IMG/VR virus record: IMGVR_UViG_3300033802_000281
Reading direction: 5' to 3' (one strand)
DNA from: a virus
Length of the DNA: 64,000 nucleotides
Part shown: in pieces, positions 1 to 10,897 of the stretch
Layout of the letters: each line of letters opens with the position of its first letter
Numbering within the stretch: position 1 is the stretch's first letter
Position numbers and translations under genes: made by a program
The notes under the pieces: model-generated
Told to the model about the DNA's origin: nothing
The model's database searches: none
The model's input: the letters and a program-made list of their open reading frames with translations, nothing else

Positions 1-1586
1 GACATGATAGTAATACTTGATGGAAGGTGGCTGGCATAAATCACATTCATGCTTCCTCTAATATCATTTCTAAGAGGAATCATTATTCGCCCTGATAATT
101 CATCTTTTTGTTTTACCAAAATGCTACCGTTAATCTGACTATAATTATTAATTTTTAAATTCCCAACAAGGATATTCTTGTTAACAATAATGCTTGAAGG
201 GAAGTTATTGTGAATTCTTAATTTTAAATTACTGCTCAAATTTTTACTATCTGCTCGTTTTACAACCAAATTACTTACTAAGTTTCTTTTGTTAATTATT
301 ATATTTGTCGGCAAATCCGATTGATCATATTGATACTTTAAAACAAACAATGAAGCTTGAATTTGGTTATAATCTGCAATACGTGCTTTAATGTCAATTG
401 AAGACGGTATTTCAGATTTATCTGATTTTTTAACAATTAAATTTGAATTTACAAAATATCTGGATACTACCATCTTGCCATTTACAACTTCATGTGGCAA
501 TGCTCCACCCTTTTGTTTGATTGTTAAAGACGACGATAAATCCCCATCTTCACTTTGGCGTACAATAATATTTGATACAACATCTCTTCTCGATACTATA
601 ATGTTTGCTTCAAGCCAATAATTGAAGTTATGAATGTGAATTCTTGCTGGTAAATCCCGTTCAGAGCCATATTCCCTAATATTTAGCCTTCCTTGTATTG
701 AAGATTGTCCAACCGCATAAACAAACATGGTCGATGGTAACTCTGAACGACCAAAGCTATAAATAACATTAAGTGTGTATTTCACCTCAATTATTGGCTT
801 ATTTATACTACTTTCTCTCGTTAAGAAACTTTCGCTTTGGTTATATGATTCACTCATGGCTTTTATAATAAAGCCATAATTAGCTTCTCTTCCTTCATAC
901 CATTCGATAACTTTTTCGGTTACATCTATTTCTGTATATCCAGTTTCTTTTATATTTTGTACAGCAACAATATCCTTAATTGCTGGTTGGTTAACCCATG
1001 TAATTCCTGTTTCATCCCAAGGGGCCGCTGCTGTATAAACACCAATTTGATGTTCATTTGTATTAATCGACGTATTGTAGAGTTTAAGTTTAGCACTTTT
1101 TATTGATGCATTAACGGGTATAACGTTAGCATCAAACTGGATAAATGAACGGAATTTCTCGCCTAAGTCCTTTTTATATCCAACTACCATCAACTGCTCT
1201 GTGCCATAGTTAAGCGTTGGGATACCGCTACGCACAAATGCATCTTTTACCGATGATAATTCAATCGTATATATAGGTGGTTCAATTATCTCAATTAATC
1301 CAGACATCCTATTTTGGGGAGTAATTGATATACGACTCACAACATCACTTCTATATGGAATAAAAAGCCTTGCTCGTTTTTGGTTTCCTAATACGGGCGG
1401 ATATCCGGGCTTTATAACAACATAATCACTATAAATGGTAATTTTTGATGTTAAATCGTCATATTTTGTAACTATCAATGATGATATAATTTCAGATTTT
1501 CCAACACCGATAACTTTGACCCTACCAGCCATTTTGTTTTTGGCTGGTATTATTATATGTCCCTCTAAATTTGAAACCTCATTCAA
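1..1586 (-). CDS. DNRLRE-domain virion/tail adhesin protein (3' end beyond window edge)
   Basis: Hand translation from TTG 1586 gives KDAFVRSGIPTLNYG...FRSFIQFD...SAKLKLYN...WDETGITWVNQP...YGFIIKA; absent from the ORF track because no stop codon lies in the window. Confidence 0.7.
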   Translation of the reverse strand, partial: MNEVSNLEGHIIIPAKNKMAGRVKVIGVGKSEIISSLIVTKYDDLTSKITIYSDYVVIKPGYPPVLGNQKRARLFIPYRSDVVSRISITPQNRMSGLIEIIEPPIYTIELSSVKDAFVRSGIPTLNYGTEQLMVVGYKKDLGEKFRSFIQFDANVIPVNASIKSAKLKLYNTSINTNEHQIGVYTAAAPWDETGITWVNQPAIKDIVAVQNIKETGYTEIDVTEKVIEWYEGREANYGFIIKAMSESYNQSESFLTRESSINKPIIEVKYTLNVIYSFGRSELPSTMFVYAVGQSSIQGRLNIREYGSERDLPARIHIHNFNYWLEANIIVSRRDVVSNIIVRQSEDGDLSSSLTIKQKGGALPHEVVNGKMVVSRYFVNSNLIVKKSDKSEIPSSIDIKARIADYNQIQASLFVLKYQYDQSDLPTNIIINKRNLVSNLVVKRADSKNLSSNLKLRIHNNFPSSIIVNKNILVGNLKINNYSQINGSILVKQKDELSGRIMIPLRNDIRGSMNVIYASHLPSSITIM

Positions 1587-1602
1587 ATAACCACTTCCCA
1601 TC

Positions 1603-4020
1603 TCATTGTATTGAGACTGGATCAGCCTCTACGTTAAGCTCAAAATACTGCCCCCCAACAACTTCTATGTTAGGTGTTAATCTTATGTAAAATTCTAATG
1701 TGTCTCCATATGCCAATACTAGATTGTAATTTAATTCTGATTCAGGAATAAATGGATCATTGGTTTTGCTTATTTCAATGTTTAATACATTTTCATCATA
1801 CATCTTTTTCAATCTAATATTACTTAAAACATTTGGATTGGTGTTTTTTATAATAACCTTCATTACATGAGAAGTTGTTCCAGCATAAATATCACCAAAA
1901 TCAAGATACTTGATAACATCTCCAAGGTTTGTAGAATAATAATTACCCGAACCATCCATAAACATTAATCCAGTATAATCGCCTACAAAGTTTACCGTTA
2001 CCGTATTCTCTCCACCATATATATCTCTAACATTAATTGTAAGAACATTGTTTTGCCCTATATATATTTCATTTTCTTTAAACAATTTACTAAATGTGAT
2101 TGGTGGCGTTATAAATTCAGTATATTCATCCCCATCTGTCGGATATATTTTTTTTCCATTCAAATATACATTGTATTGTACATCATCATTATCGTCGTCT
2201 GTAATTGTTGCGTCTATTTTCATTCCAATCATCGAAGTTTCGATCATTGGTACTTCGTTTGTTAATGTTACAAAGAAATCAAAATTTGTTTCATTAGAGC
2301 CATTTGTCACATATAAACGAATCAGGTTTAAACCAACTCTAAAATAACTATTTGCTATTTCATGACTAATTTCCAATGGTGGAGTCTGCGGAGATGTATA
2401 ACCAGTTTCAGGATAAATTTGGACTCCATTTATTTCAATTCTATATTGAACATCTAAGTTTTCATCTTCTGTAATCGTACCCGATAAAATTACATTTTCA
2501 TTGTGTATTGTAGTTTTGTCTAAAGAGCCTTCAAACTTTATTGGTGGCAAAAATTCAATCAATAATACAGGACGAAAACCGGTATTTACATTAACAGTTG
2601 TGCTTGTAGGAGAAATGTAACTAAATCCACCTACACTTGAATAACCGCGAACAGTCCTATTACCCGATCCTGATGTATTTGTGGTACTCGTTTGACTCCA
2701 AATACCATTCCAATTCCATACAGCATTATCCGATCCGACAGGGCCATTAACTATAAGTCTGTCCCATTCATTTTCTTTATCTATACTTGAAACTCCGCCC
2801 GTCAGGAGGCGAATAGTGAAATTATTTTTGCTTAGCGACGTTTCTTCCATCATTTCGACTTCATACACATTCCAAGTCCATCCATGGCTATAAACACTTG
2901 AGTTAGCAAGAAGTCTCCAATACCTTGAAGGGGAAGACTTAGGTACGTCTATTACATTTAGATTGACTCCCAATCCTGAAACTGTTACAACATCCACCCA
3001 TGTAATCTTATCAGCTGAGCGCTGTACTTTTATGGATGAGACTGTACCATTGATGTCTGTAGATTGATAAAGTTTAATTCTCCGAATCTCTTTATCTTTT
3101 CCCTCTCCAAAGTCATATCCGATATAAGCAACACCGTTTGCCGAAGTACCCACTTGGGAGCTTGCCCATGTCGAGCCGGATATGGAACCGTCGAATGCAC
3201 TATCTTTGCTTGTTCCACCGGCGTCTCCGCCGCTAATAGGTGTACCGCCCACGCAAAGGTTCTCTCCAGTAATGACATACGGCAGACCACTTCCGCTTGC
3301 TATCCCAACTGTGTTCAGATTATCCCAACTTATACTATGCTGTATATTCCTATCAGCTATTAATTTCCATCTTCCTAAATAATCTCTGTCAACACAAATC
3401 CAATAAAAATCACCGTTTGGATTTGCACTTGAAGCGGCGGGGATAAAATCAGAAGTTTTTTCTCCTAATCCACTAAATACCCCCACTGTATTTGAAGAAG
3501 ATGCATAATGACAACGAATCCTCTTCCCTACCTCTAAATCTCTGACATCTATTACTTCATCAGGATGTAGAAGATAACCTGTATCATCAATATCTATAGC
3601 ATCTATATTCCAGTTTTGATTAGAAGGCATGCCTGATGGGGTTTTAATCACAACAGTATGCTCTGTTTCTTCAAGCCCTGTTATCTCATACGCTAGAATT
3701 CGATATTGAAGTGCTGTATTTGTCTGACTAGGCGTGTAACAAGAAAACGTACCTGCCGGGACTCCATCGATTTCAACTGGAATATTGTCGGGCTTGTTAA
3801 TCCATCTGTTGACAATTAGACGCAACGACGTTCCATAAAACTTAAAAGAAAGTTCGGCATTAGTGTCATAAGTTAGATAAACACTTCCTCCATAGTAATA
3901 CGTTTGAGATGTCTCAAAGTTCCATACCCCTATTCTTTTTATTTGCGGTACGATATCATCGAACCTTCGCCACCCCGGCTCAGGTTGGTTTAGTTGATCT
4001 CCAATGTTAGCCACCGTCAC
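1603..4020 (-). CDS. Modular tail adhesin/receptor-binding protein (CLec-like module with inserted F5/8 discoidin domain, Ig-like region, shared C-terminal domain)
   Basis: LIADRNIQHSISWDNLN...SRYWRLL...NRTVRG...TGFRPVL; C-terminus GLMFMD..YYST..KYLDFG shared with 6013..8541. Confidence 0.7.
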   Translation of the reverse strand: MTVANIGDQLNQPEPGWRRFDDIVPQIKRIGVWNFETSQTYYYGGSVYLTYDTNAELSFKFYGTSLRLIVNRWINKPDNIPVEIDGVPAGTFSCYTPSQTNTALQYRILAYEITGLEETEHTVVIKTPSGMPSNQNWNIDAIDIDDTGYLLHPDEVIDVRDLEVGKRIRCHYASSSNTVGVFSGLGEKTSDFIPAASSANPNGDFYWICVDRDYLGRWKLIADRNIQHSISWDNLNTVGIASGSGLPYVITGENLCVGGTPISGGDAGGTSKDSAFDGSISGSTWASSQVGTSANGVAYIGYDFGEGKDKEIRRIKLYQSTDINGTVSSIKVQRSADKITWVDVVTVSGLGVNLNVIDVPKSSPSRYWRLLANSSVYSHGWTWNVYEVEMMEETSLSKNNFTIRLLTGGVSSIDKENEWDRLIVNGPVGSDNAVWNWNGIWSQTSTTNTSGSGNRTVRGYSSVGGFSYISPTSTTVNVNTGFRPVLLIEFLPPIKFEGSLDKTTIHNENVILSGTITEDENLDVQYRIEINGVQIYPETGYTSPQTPPLEISHEIANSYFRVGLNLIRLYVTNGSNETNFDFFVTLTNEVPMIETSMIGMKIDATITDDDNDDVQYNVYLNGKKIYPTDGDEYTEFITPPITFSKLFKENEIYIGQNNVLTINVRDIYGGENTVTVNFVGDYTGLMFMDGSGNYYSTNLGDVIKYLDFGDIYAGTTSHVMKVIIKNTNPNVLSNIRLKKMYDENVLNIEISKTNDPFIPESELNYNLVLAYGDTLEFYIRLTPNIEVVGGQYFELNVEADPVSIQ

Positions 4021-4116
4021 CCCTCCTTGTATTCTTTACAGAACGTCCTTTTTCTGCGTTTTCTGCCTCTACAAAATGCTTAATATTCTCCAGAGGGACC
4101 TTTCTGTTAGGCGTAG

Positions 4117-5241
4117 CTATTCCTCCATAAACTCGAAGACTGGTCTAAATCCAACTGCGGTATCTGTAGTAGTAGATGTCATGTAACTAAAATTATTCGT
4201 TCCTGTCGTGCCGCCCCTTGTCACCCTGTTCGTGGCGGCGGCAATAGAAATAACAGGAGTATCTTGCGTCCAAGTTTTTACTACATCATGATGAAACACA
4301 TCAAACAATGTTTTTCCTGCTTGAATTTTAGTTAAATCAAATCCAATAATATATTTATCAAATTCTGAATTACTTGGAAATGCTTTTCCTGTGCCTTGAT
4401 CTGTTGTTGAACTATTTCCATTTACATCTGTATATGCTACGCCGCCTGTGAGGGATCGAACAATAAAACTATGTTGTATTTTGTTTCCTTGACTGTCCAT
4501 TAAACTGAGTTCACCAATACCATACCAATTGGCTACATATGAATCGGCAATAATAATTCGATAGAATTTATATGAAGTGGTATTATTTATTACATAGTCA
4601 ATAGGTTTCAAAATATCGTTTGGATGCACACCTGAAAATAAATTTGAAAAAGTAACTCCGTCATTAGAACCCTGAATCGAGAAATTCTTTATTCCACTGT
4701 GATCCGCGCCGCCTATAACCAAAGCCCCGCCAGTTATAGTAATAATCCTTAAATCCATAGCATCATCCAACTCAATCGTAAGAGATTGGTTCGGGGAACT
4801 TGTATTGTATACCCATGAGGACATGTAGTTATCAACACCGCTAGCCTTAGTTAAACCGTTAAATACATTCCAAGGCGAACCGTAATTATTCGGCCCCGGT
4901 GTGTTTCCAGAAGCAGTTATGGTCTTAACTCCTAACGGACGAATGAAATCAGCCGGTCTTCCTTGAATCACTTTCCCTGCGTTCAACGTATCCCACCTAA
5001 TACTGTGTTGAACCACTCTGTCTGCAATCAACAAACCTTTATCGACTTTGACAAGATAGAACGTTCCATTCGGAGTTGCTGAACCAGTGACAGGTATTTC
5101 TGTCCCGGCTGTTCCTCCTAAGTTGCTAAAAGTTCCCACAGCACCATTAGAAGCCTGATAGTTACAAACAATATAATCCCCAATCTGCATATCTTCGATT
5201 CTTGTACGCAAAGACCCCGTTGTTGCAGGTACAGGACTCAT
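4117..5241 (-). CDS. Tail adhesin, CLec-like module with inserted discoidin domain
   Basis: LLIADRVVQHSIRWDTLN...SYKFYRIII...NRVTRGG...VGFRPVFEF; paralogous to the central part of 1603..4020. Confidence 0.7.
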   Translation of the reverse strand: MSPVPATTGSLRTRIEDMQIGDYIVCNYQASNGAVGTFSNLGGTAGTEIPVTGSATPNGTFYLVKVDKGLLIADRVVQHSIRWDTLNAGKVIQGRPADFIRPLGVKTITASGNTPGPNNYGSPWNVFNGLTKASGVDNYMSSWVYNTSSPNQSLTIELDDAMDLRIITITGGALVIGGADHSGIKNFSIQGSNDGVTFSNLFSGVHPNDILKPIDYVINNTTSYKFYRIIIADSYVANWYGIGELSLMDSQGNKIQHSFIVRSLTGGVAYTDVNGNSSTTDQGTGKAFPSNSEFDKYIIGFDLTKIQAGKTLFDVFHHDVVKTWTQDTPVISIAAATNRVTRGGTTGTNNFSYMTSTTTDTAVGFRPVFEFMEE

Positions 5242-5242
5242 A

Positions 5243-5998
5243 TTAACTAGCCTCCTTATTGTTTTTTTTTAGATATGTCTCGACTTCTTTAATATATTTT
5301 CCAACAGTTTGTCTATTAAGTCCGTACATTTCTGCTATCTGAATTCGAGTTAATTTATCTTTCTTGTTTAACTCATACATTTTAAGTTTTTCATCGAAAG
5401 TGAAATACTTTCCAGGGAAGCGAGCTTTTATCATATTTTCCACATGCTCTTTACTTTGCTTTCTTCCAGTTAATGCTCTTCTCATATTCTCAATATGTTG
5501 CGGTGACAATCCACCATAATTTACATTATTTTTACCCTTGCGCAATTCACTTAATTTCTTTCTTGTCTCTTCACTATGTTTAAATCCTTTTAATTTTTTC
5601 CTGATTTTTTCACGATGTTCTAAAGTTATAACCTTACCTTTGTTTGACTCGCTAATTTTTCTTTTAACTTCTTCTGGCCATTCAAAATTATCATATCCAC
5701 CGTGTCGATTATTGAAACCATGTTGCAATGAATCATAGTAGTCAATATAGTATTTTTCTTTTTCATCAAGTTCTTCTATTGAACAGTATTCTAACACTTC
5801 AAATTTAAAGTAATTTTCACCATGTTTATTATAAGAATTCTGAAGATGTTTATTTGGATGACAATTGTATTTTAACCATCTTTTATGAGTTTCTAATCTC
5901 ATGTTTACATTCTTACTTACACCGATATAACACTTTCCATTTGCTGTATTTGTTATCTTATATACACCACTGACAATAGGAGTCGCCGGAACTGGCAT
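5243..5998 (-). CDS. Free-standing GIY-YIG homing endonuclease with NUMOD3 repeats and C-terminal HTH
   Basis: SGVYKITNTANGKCYIGVS...R...E; HSEETRKKLSE NUMOD3-type repeats; RBS GAGGTG before ATG 5998. Confidence 0.9.
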   Translation of the reverse strand: MPVPATPIVSGVYKITNTANGKCYIGVSKNVNMRLETHKRWLKYNCHPNKHLQNSYNKHGENYFKFEVLEYCSIEELDEKEKYYIDYYDSLQHGFNNRHGGYDNFEWPEEVKRKISESNKGKVITLEHREKIRKKLKGFKHSEETRKKLSELRKGKNNVNYGGLSPQHIENMRRALTGRKQSKEHVENMIKARFPGKYFTFDEKLKMYELNKKDKLTRIQIAEMYGLNRQTVGKYIKEVETYLKKNNKEAS

Positions 5999-6012
5999 TA
6001 AAACCACCTCAA

Positions 6013-8541
6013 TTAAACAGCATCAGCCTTAACTTTAATATCAAAAGTACCTCCGCCGACTTTATCTTTATCTGTTGTTAAACGCACATAAAATTCTATT
6101 ACTTCATCAAAACCAAGAACCTGATCATAGAAAAGCTCATTTTCAGCTATAAACGGCATATTAGATTTACTTATCTCTACGGTTAGTCCATCTATATTAT
6201 GTTCAGGATAGATCCTTATATTTTTTACATCAAATGGGAAAGTATTTGTTAAATACACTTTGGTGTCCAAAGATGTTTGACCTGAAATCAATGTTCCAAA
6301 ATCGAGATATTTTAACACTCCACCAAATGAAGTAGAATAATATTGTTGAGATTCATCCATAAACATTAAACCAGAATATTTTTTGTCTAGTTCATCAATA
6401 ATAATTTTTAAAGAGGAAATTTTTGGAGAAGATATCGCTAGTTTCTCCGTCATTGTTAAAAGATCAAGGTTTAAAATATCGTCAATTGAATCTAGTTCTA
6501 AATAAAATCCAAAACGCATTTGATTAAAATTTCCCAATAAACTTAATTCTATTTGAGATAATTGATTTAACTCTTCCACTTCCATTCCATTATTTTTAAC
6601 ATCATTTAGATTATTTATATTGACGTTTTTCCAACTTCCATCTATAAAGGAATAAGATTTCCATGACTGTCCTTTATCTATTGACAAAATAATTTTAGCA
6701 TCCGAATTATAAGATTTATTGCAAGATAAAAATAAATTATCTATACTATCAACAATAATATCTTTAGAAGAAATAATAACTTGAGGATTCGGTATAGCAT
6801 TTATTTTTAATACGTCAAAAAGATCATTAGAAGACCACAATAATACATCAATATTATTTGATTCTAATTCATAAATAATATGCTCTCCAAACGAATTTGT
6901 TGCATTAAATTCACTGACACTCATCCCATAATTGTCAAACATATCTTTAGTTAAGGTTCCAGTTCCAATAATTATCCAACCTAATTCTGGATCGTATGTC
7001 TTATATTTACCATCGTCATCAATTAAATATTTTAATTTAGTTTGAGCTTGATAAAATTCAATCTCCGATAAGCAAGACCCCCAACTTCCGTTTCTAGTTA
7101 ACACAAAACGAACATACCGATTCGTTATATTCACATTGTGAGTTCTAACGGTTCCATAAGGAGTTGAACTATTATGAGTATTTGTTACCCAAGGCACAAT
7201 TTCAGTAAAATTGATATTGTCATCAGAAACTAAAATTTGATAGTTTGATGAAGCATCATCTCTACATCTAGGCCATACTTTTATCTGATTTATAAATATT
7301 GGAGATATTGCCTCAAAATCAAATGTTAAAGTTTGATTTCCGCTTGAATCAGTTAACCAATAAGTTGTAAACTCACTATGAGACATTGTTATAGTTTCAT
7401 TAAATAAGTATCTCATATAATAATACGTAGTATTACTATAAACAGGTGCGGAACTAGTTACAACAACTCCATTAGTTGCAGTATATACTTTCTGTCCACT
7501 AGTACCACCAGTACCAGTAGATAAATCGATTTTTTCAGGAACTGCATAATATATTTTCTGTATTTTTTTAAAATTATTTTTTTCAATATTAATTCTATAT
7601 AATTTTCCATTATCAATATTCATAGGTTCTAGAGTTAAATCATAAGATGTTTTTAGTTTTAGTTGTCCATCAAAATCTACAAAATCATTTTCCAAAAAAT
7701 TTAATCTATCTGCTTGATCAAAACTATAAATTGTTCTTTTATTCTCCACAAATTTACCTATTAGCTCTACTTTTATTTTAATATATCTTCCTTGCGGAGA
7801 TGTAATATTTCCATTTTCATCAATTAACGACCAATCCGAATAATTAACTTGATCGTTTGATGTAGATGTATATATCTTAATGTCTGTCCCTTGAGGAATC
7901 TCTTTAATTGCAGTAATATATTTTATTTCATGGAAATAAAATCCTAAATCAATTGGCCCATATTCTGCTATCCCCATTTTTGTAAATATAGGTGTGTTTA
8001 TATCTTCATAAAGCTCAAATTCATTAATTCTAGGATAGCTAACAAAAGTATTTGTTATAACTAATCGGTAATATCTATATAATGTATCATTCTCAACAAA
8101 AAAACTTCTTTTTTCGCCGGAATTCCAAGGAGAAGTATTTGTAACTGTATGAAGAGTAATCCAATTAGTTTCATCATTACTTGCTTCAAAATTCCAGCTA
8201 AGAGCATCATCTGAAGTTATCGCGTATTTTTTTACTATTTTTTGCTGACCGATATCTATTTTTATCCATTGAGGTGGATAGTTTCGACTCCTCCATTGAG
8301 TTGATAAATTCCTATCAAAAGCTCTATATGGATAATCATAAGAAGTATATATTGAACTCGCAGTAGCAACAAATGGACTTGGCGAAATATCTGATGTCAT
8401 TTCTGGAATAAGACTTTCATCTGAAACAACAGTCCCATTACGAATTACTCTTAGTTGTAATTTATTATCTAAAACATCTGTATCAATCAATATGCCTGAA
8501 GTTAAATTAACATTTTTTTGATTCTCTATAATAACTGCCAT
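6013..8541 (-). CDS. Tail protein with two discoidin (F5/8C)-like domains
   Basis: ASSIY..YPYRAFD...QWIKID...YRYYRLVI and a second RYVRFVL domain; C-terminal domain shared with 1603..4020; ATG 8541 follows an RBS. Confidence 0.7.
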   Translation of the reverse strand: MAVIIENQKNVNLTSGILIDTDVLDNKLQLRVIRNGTVVSDESLIPEMTSDISPSPFVATASSIYTSYDYPYRAFDRNLSTQWRSRNYPPQWIKIDIGQQKIVKKYAITSDDALSWNFEASNDETNWITLHTVTNTSPWNSGEKRSFFVENDTLYRYYRLVITNTFVSYPRINEFELYEDINTPIFTKMGIAEYGPIDLGFYFHEIKYITAIKEIPQGTDIKIYTSTSNDQVNYSDWSLIDENGNITSPQGRYIKIKVELIGKFVENKRTIYSFDQADRLNFLENDFVDFDGQLKLKTSYDLTLEPMNIDNGKLYRINIEKNNFKKIQKIYYAVPEKIDLSTGTGGTSGQKVYTATNGVVVTSSAPVYSNTTYYYMRYLFNETITMSHSEFTTYWLTDSSGNQTLTFDFEAISPIFINQIKVWPRCRDDASSNYQILVSDDNINFTEIVPWVTNTHNSSTPYGTVRTHNVNITNRYVRFVLTRNGSWGSCLSEIEFYQAQTKLKYLIDDDGKYKTYDPELGWIIIGTGTLTKDMFDNYGMSVSEFNATNSFGEHIIYELESNNIDVLLWSSNDLFDVLKINAIPNPQVIISSKDIIVDSIDNLFLSCNKSYNSDAKIILSIDKGQSWKSYSFIDGSWKNVNINNLNDVKNNGMEVEELNQLSQIELSLLGNFNQMRFGFYLELDSIDDILNLDLLTMTEKLAISSPKISSLKIIIDELDKKYSGLMFMDESQQYYSTSFGGVLKYLDFGTLISGQTSLDTKVYLTNTFPFDVKNIRIYPEHNIDGLTVEISKSNMPFIAENELFYDQVLGFDEVIEFYVRLTTDKDKVGGGTFDIKVKADAV

Positions 8542-9155
8542 TACAGTATCACACTCCAATTGGTCTCGTAGGCTACATTAGCTTTCATAGGAGCGTCAAT
8601 TTCAAAAACGTTAGTACCATTTCGTTTAATAATAATAACTCCATCTTCAAAATCACGAGCAGCAACCAGACGAATATTTAAATAAATAGGATTACCATAA
8701 GGAATTGAACATACTGCTTTATAATGAAATTGAACATTGTCTAAATTAAGCGTTTGTTTATATCCGAAATTAAATTGATCAATAGTTGACTTAAGCGATC
8801 CTATTCTTTCACGCGGGTTAAAATTAGAATGAGCATTTTTAAATTGGATGATATCATTGTATGGAATAAATCCATGCCCTGTGAGATGATAATCTTTATT
8901 TTCTTTCTTATCTTTGTATATTATTTCATACATTCGACCAGCAATATTAAATGTACCACCATAAACCTCAAAAAACATATTCATTCCATAACCAACAAGA
9001 CCAAAACGAATCAACTTACTTCTATCAATATCATAGAAGCTATTTTCGACTTTAGTGTCATAAGAATACTCAGAAAAGAACGTACCATCCGAATATGCTG
9101 CCACCCATATAAAATCTTGTTCTGATACAGGGCTTTGTAGAAATATATTGTTCAT
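8541..9155 (-). CDS. Hypothetical tail-module protein
   Basis: ORF in tail operon; GGGGAAG RBS before ATG 9155. Confidence 0.6.
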   Translation of the reverse strand: MNNIFLQSPVSEQDFIWVAAYSDGTFFSEYSYDTKVENSFYDIDRSKLIRFGLVGYGMNMFFEVYGGTFNIAGRMYEIIYKDKKENKDYHLTGHGFIPYNDIIQFKNAHSNFNPRERIGSLKSTIDQFNFGYKQTLNLDNVQFHYKAVCSIPYGNPIYLNIRLVAARDFEDGVIIIKRNGTNVFEIDAPMKANVAYETNWSVIL

Positions 9156-9183
9156 TAAAACTTCCCCCATTGTATTGTGGAAT

Positions 9184-9212
9184 AAAAAACCGCCCATGAA
9201 ACATGGGCGGTT
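9184..9212 (-). terminator. Intrinsic terminator
   Basis: AACCGCCCATG-TTT-CATGGGCGGTT followed by T-run on minus strand. Confidence 0.8.
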
Positions 9213-9230
9213 CATAATCTAGTCTAAAAA

Positions 9231-9695
9231 TTAAACATATGTATAAGAAAGACGCAACAAGAAATCCACATTACCCGCTGTTGCGATTGCGGATGGTTGT
9301 GCATATAGCGTAACTTGAGCAAAGTTTTCGGCTGAATTTGCTTTAGTTCCATCATTTGCTGTACCTTTAATTACACCAGCAGGTGCATTGCCACCAGCTT
9401 TAACAGCTTTAGTAACATCACCACCAATCGCAGTAAAGTTGACTTCTCCCATCGTATCAACGCGAACATGAATCCACTTCTCTGTAACTAATTCTCCTGT
9501 ATTTCCGCCTGCAATATCTTTAGTTGTAATTTTACATTCTAAACAATCCGATAAGTCAGATGAACCACCACGATTATTCCAAATTAAAAATACGTCTTGT
9601 CCAGACATACTCCCTGCATCTACTGTGCCTATATCCCACCTTGTTCTTTGTTGCGTATTATCCATGTTCCACCAACTTAGTTGAGGTTGTGGCAT
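9231..9695 (-). CDS. Hypothetical virion structural protein
   Basis: 154-aa Gly/Thr/Ala-rich ORF in tail operon. Confidence 0.6.
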   Translation of the reverse strand: MPQPQLSWWNMDNTQQRTRWDIGTVDAGSMSGQDVFLIWNNRGGSSDLSDCLECKITTKDIAGGNTGELVTEKWIHVRVDTMGEVNFTAIGGDVTKAVKAGGNAPAGVIKGTANDGTKANSAENFAQVTLYAQPSAIATAGNVDFLLRLSYTYV

Positions 9696-9707
9696 AATTA
9701 ATCACTC

Positions 9708-10880
9708 CTATTCTATATTTTTTGTTTTTATATCAATACGAATATTAATTCCTTTAATGTTGTTATCTAACGAAAGTACATTTACCCTAAAATAATCACC
9801 GCGAGATACTTCTTTATCGGCAATGACTAGATTTTCAGCAAGTAATTGTCCAGCAGGAATGATAATATTTTTAGAAAAAATATTATCCCATACTCCACCA
9901 GATATAAAATCTTGTTCGGAAATTTTTTCAATAGTTGCTTCGAAGTGAGATGCAACACCACCTTCAAGACAGAAAGCTGTGACACCAATAATTTCCCCAT
10001 CAAAAGGACATTGAAAAGGTTGTGGTTGAATGCCCGCTTTTAATATGCTAGGAAATTGAAAACCGAAACTTCTTCTAATAAAAGTCCGATAATCTTCTTG
10101 TGTAAGAAGACCATCGGATTCTTCTGAAACATATGGGATTGAACCGCCTAAAAAATTCCCAACTTTCTGCCATTGATGTGAAAAAACACCGTCATAACGA
10201 TAAATATCGCCTGTTGTATTAATCGTTACTTGCCAACCATTTTCAGGGTTTGGATAGACAATTTCTAAATCATCATATGTATCAATAGGATCTTTCCATA
10301 TTACAATAGCACTATCTGCTGCTTCGTAAGCTACTTCAGCAGCTTCATTTGCATTTTGAGCCGCTAAATTAGCATTATCGGCAGCCGCACTAGCATTGTC
10401 AATTGCTTGAATAGTTCTGCTAATTACATTATTTAGTTCTATAAGTTTTTCATCTAAGTTTTTTGTATATCTTTTCAATTCATCAATATAATCCTGTAAA
10501 GTTATTACAACATCAGGATTGTGTTGTACCATTGCATAAACACGACTTGCAGGGATTAAAACCAATCCTTTCCCATGGTAAGTAAATGAAAATGTTTTGC
10601 CTTCATGCACAGGATTAAATTGGACAATACCCATTGCATAATCGACTAATATTTCATTTTCGGCAAGACTAGCTTTCTTTTTATATGTTTCTTTCGTTAT
10701 CTCCGTAAACCCCGGTATCTGCACTTTATGCCTTTCAGAAGGTACTTCAAGTAAGGTTACAATACCGTTGATTACTGGTAAATAATCAGTTCTAGGTTTG
10801 TATGGATCATCAGGGGTATTTCTTCGCCAAATCGTTATATTAGGATCAATATATTCAAGATGAGTTTTTAAATCAGCCAC
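9708..10880 (-). CDS. Tail fibre/baseplate-associated protein
   Basis: Ala-rich coiled coil (AAADNANLAAQNANEAA) then YPNPENGWQV..GDIYRYDG fibre-type motif. Confidence 0.55.
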   Translation of the reverse strand: MADLKTHLEYIDPNITIWRRNTPDDPYKPRTDYLPVINGIVTLLEVPSERHKVQIPGFTEITKETYKKKASLAENEILVDYAMGIVQFNPVHEGKTFSFTYHGKGLVLIPASRVYAMVQHNPDVVITLQDYIDELKRYTKNLDEKLIELNNVISRTIQAIDNASAAADNANLAAQNANEAAEVAYEAADSAIVIWKDPIDTYDDLEIVYPNPENGWQVTINTTGDIYRYDGVFSHQWQKVGNFLGGSIPYVSEESDGLLTQEDYRTFIRRSFGFQFPSILKAGIQPQPFQCPFDGEIIGVTAFCLEGGVASHFEATIEKISEQDFISGGVWDNIFSKNIIIPAGQLLAENLVIADKEVSRGDYFRVNVLSLDNNIKGINIRIDIKTKNIE

Positions 10881-10897
10881 CCTCCCACCTCCTTTTA

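Noticed and set aside
5243-5998. GIY-YIG ORF as part of a group I intron
   Set aside because: No P3/P7 core or non-coding flanks; neighbouring genes abut directly with their own RBS
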